A stretch of DNA of 33,781 bases, from IMG/VR virus record IMGVR_UViG_3300005077_000067, positions 1 to 33,781 of that record. One strand, 5' to 3'. Positions 33,469 to 33,781 of this stretch are shown here, piece by piece (the first letter of the stretch is position 1; every line of letters starts with the position of its first letter). The notes beneath the pieces are model-generated. The model was given only the letters and a program-made list of their open reading frames with translations. It searched no databases and had not been told where the DNA came from. Both the position numbers and the translations under genes were made by a program. The stretch is from a virus. Its lineage: Duplodnaviria; Caudoviricetes.

Positions 33469-33686
33469 CGCAGGCCCTCCTGGGTTTCGATCCGTTTGAT
33501 CCACGTGTCGAGGGTCAGCAGCCGGCTGTCGCGGTCGGCGGGTGACAGCGTCGCGTCGTTCATGACGTAAGCTGCGTAGCGCGGGGCGACGGCGTTGTAG
33601 GTGGTTCGGTCGGCCACGACGTAGCCGTTGTCCATGGAACACGCGGAGAGCAGAACGAAGCACAAGAGGATGAGGAAGGGTTTCAT
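33465..33686 (-). CDS. Small lipoprotein (73 aa)
   Basis: Signal peptide MKPFLILLCFVL followed by lipobox LSAC; ATGA overlap with the upstream gene. Confidence 0.8.
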   Translation of the reverse strand: MKPFLILLCFVLLSACSMDNGYVVADRTTYNAVAPRYAAYVMNDATLSPADRDSRLLTLDTWIKRIETQEGLR

Positions 33687-33781
33687 TTCTTGGTTGCCGG
33701 AAGCGGAGTTGCGCCGCCCATCGCGAGGCCGATGCCCGCGCCGAGCAGCATGTCGTTCGGGATGAGCGCGCCGACGATCGC
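33683..33781 (-). CDS. 3' end of a probable membrane protein (partial; possibly holin-like)
   Basis: AIVGALIPNDMLLGAGIGLAMGGATPLPATKK*: hydrophobic segments and a basic tail, with the stop overlapping the lipoprotein ATG. Confidence 0.5.
   Translation of the reverse strand, partial: AIVGALIPNDMLLGAGIGLAMGGATPLPATKK

Noticed and set aside
11713-33781. Diversity-generating retroelement, expected from the BPP-1-like structural genes
   Set aside because: No reverse transcriptase motif, no Mtd-like tail fibre and no adenine-mismatched TR/VR repeat pair seen in the window

Overview
The whole window is a fragment of a GC-rich dsDNA tailed phage (or prophage) with podovirus-type structural genes resembling those of Bordetella phage BPP-1. 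Bases ~1-11.8 kb hold the early/replication region. It contains a minus-strand NrS-1-like primase-polymerase fused to an AAA_25/RepA helicase. Diverging from it on the plus strand are an SNF2 helicase, small accessory ORFs, a DUF6011-like Zn protein, the DUF2800 nuclease / DUF2815 SSB / family A DNA polymerase module, an unannotated 36-aa membrane peptide, an XRE HTH protein and a DUF6378 protein. Bases ~11.7-33.8 kb form a minus-strand virion operon: membrane/lipoprotein genes, a Bbp19-like protein, scaffold, major capsid protein, two Bbp16-like cement paralogues, tail adaptor, tail nozzle, two internal virion proteins and a ~3336-aa polyvalent protein that is probably ejected. Four observations stand out. 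(1) An OGG-like HhH DNA-glycosylase domain inside the giant protein is followed directly by a nested, out-of-frame 78-aa gene whose codon usage fits the phage better than the host frame does, suggesting an effector plus an overprinted partner or immunity gene. (2) A complete SGNH/SASA carbohydrate O-acetylesterase is fused to the tail adaptor (tail tubular protein A). (3) The nozzle protein carries a CBM5/12-like insert. (4) Hairpin clusters flank the primase gene. No terminase, portal, integrase, tail fibre, tRNA, CRISPR array or reverse transcriptase is visible in the window. All family assignments come from motif recognition by eye, not from database searches.
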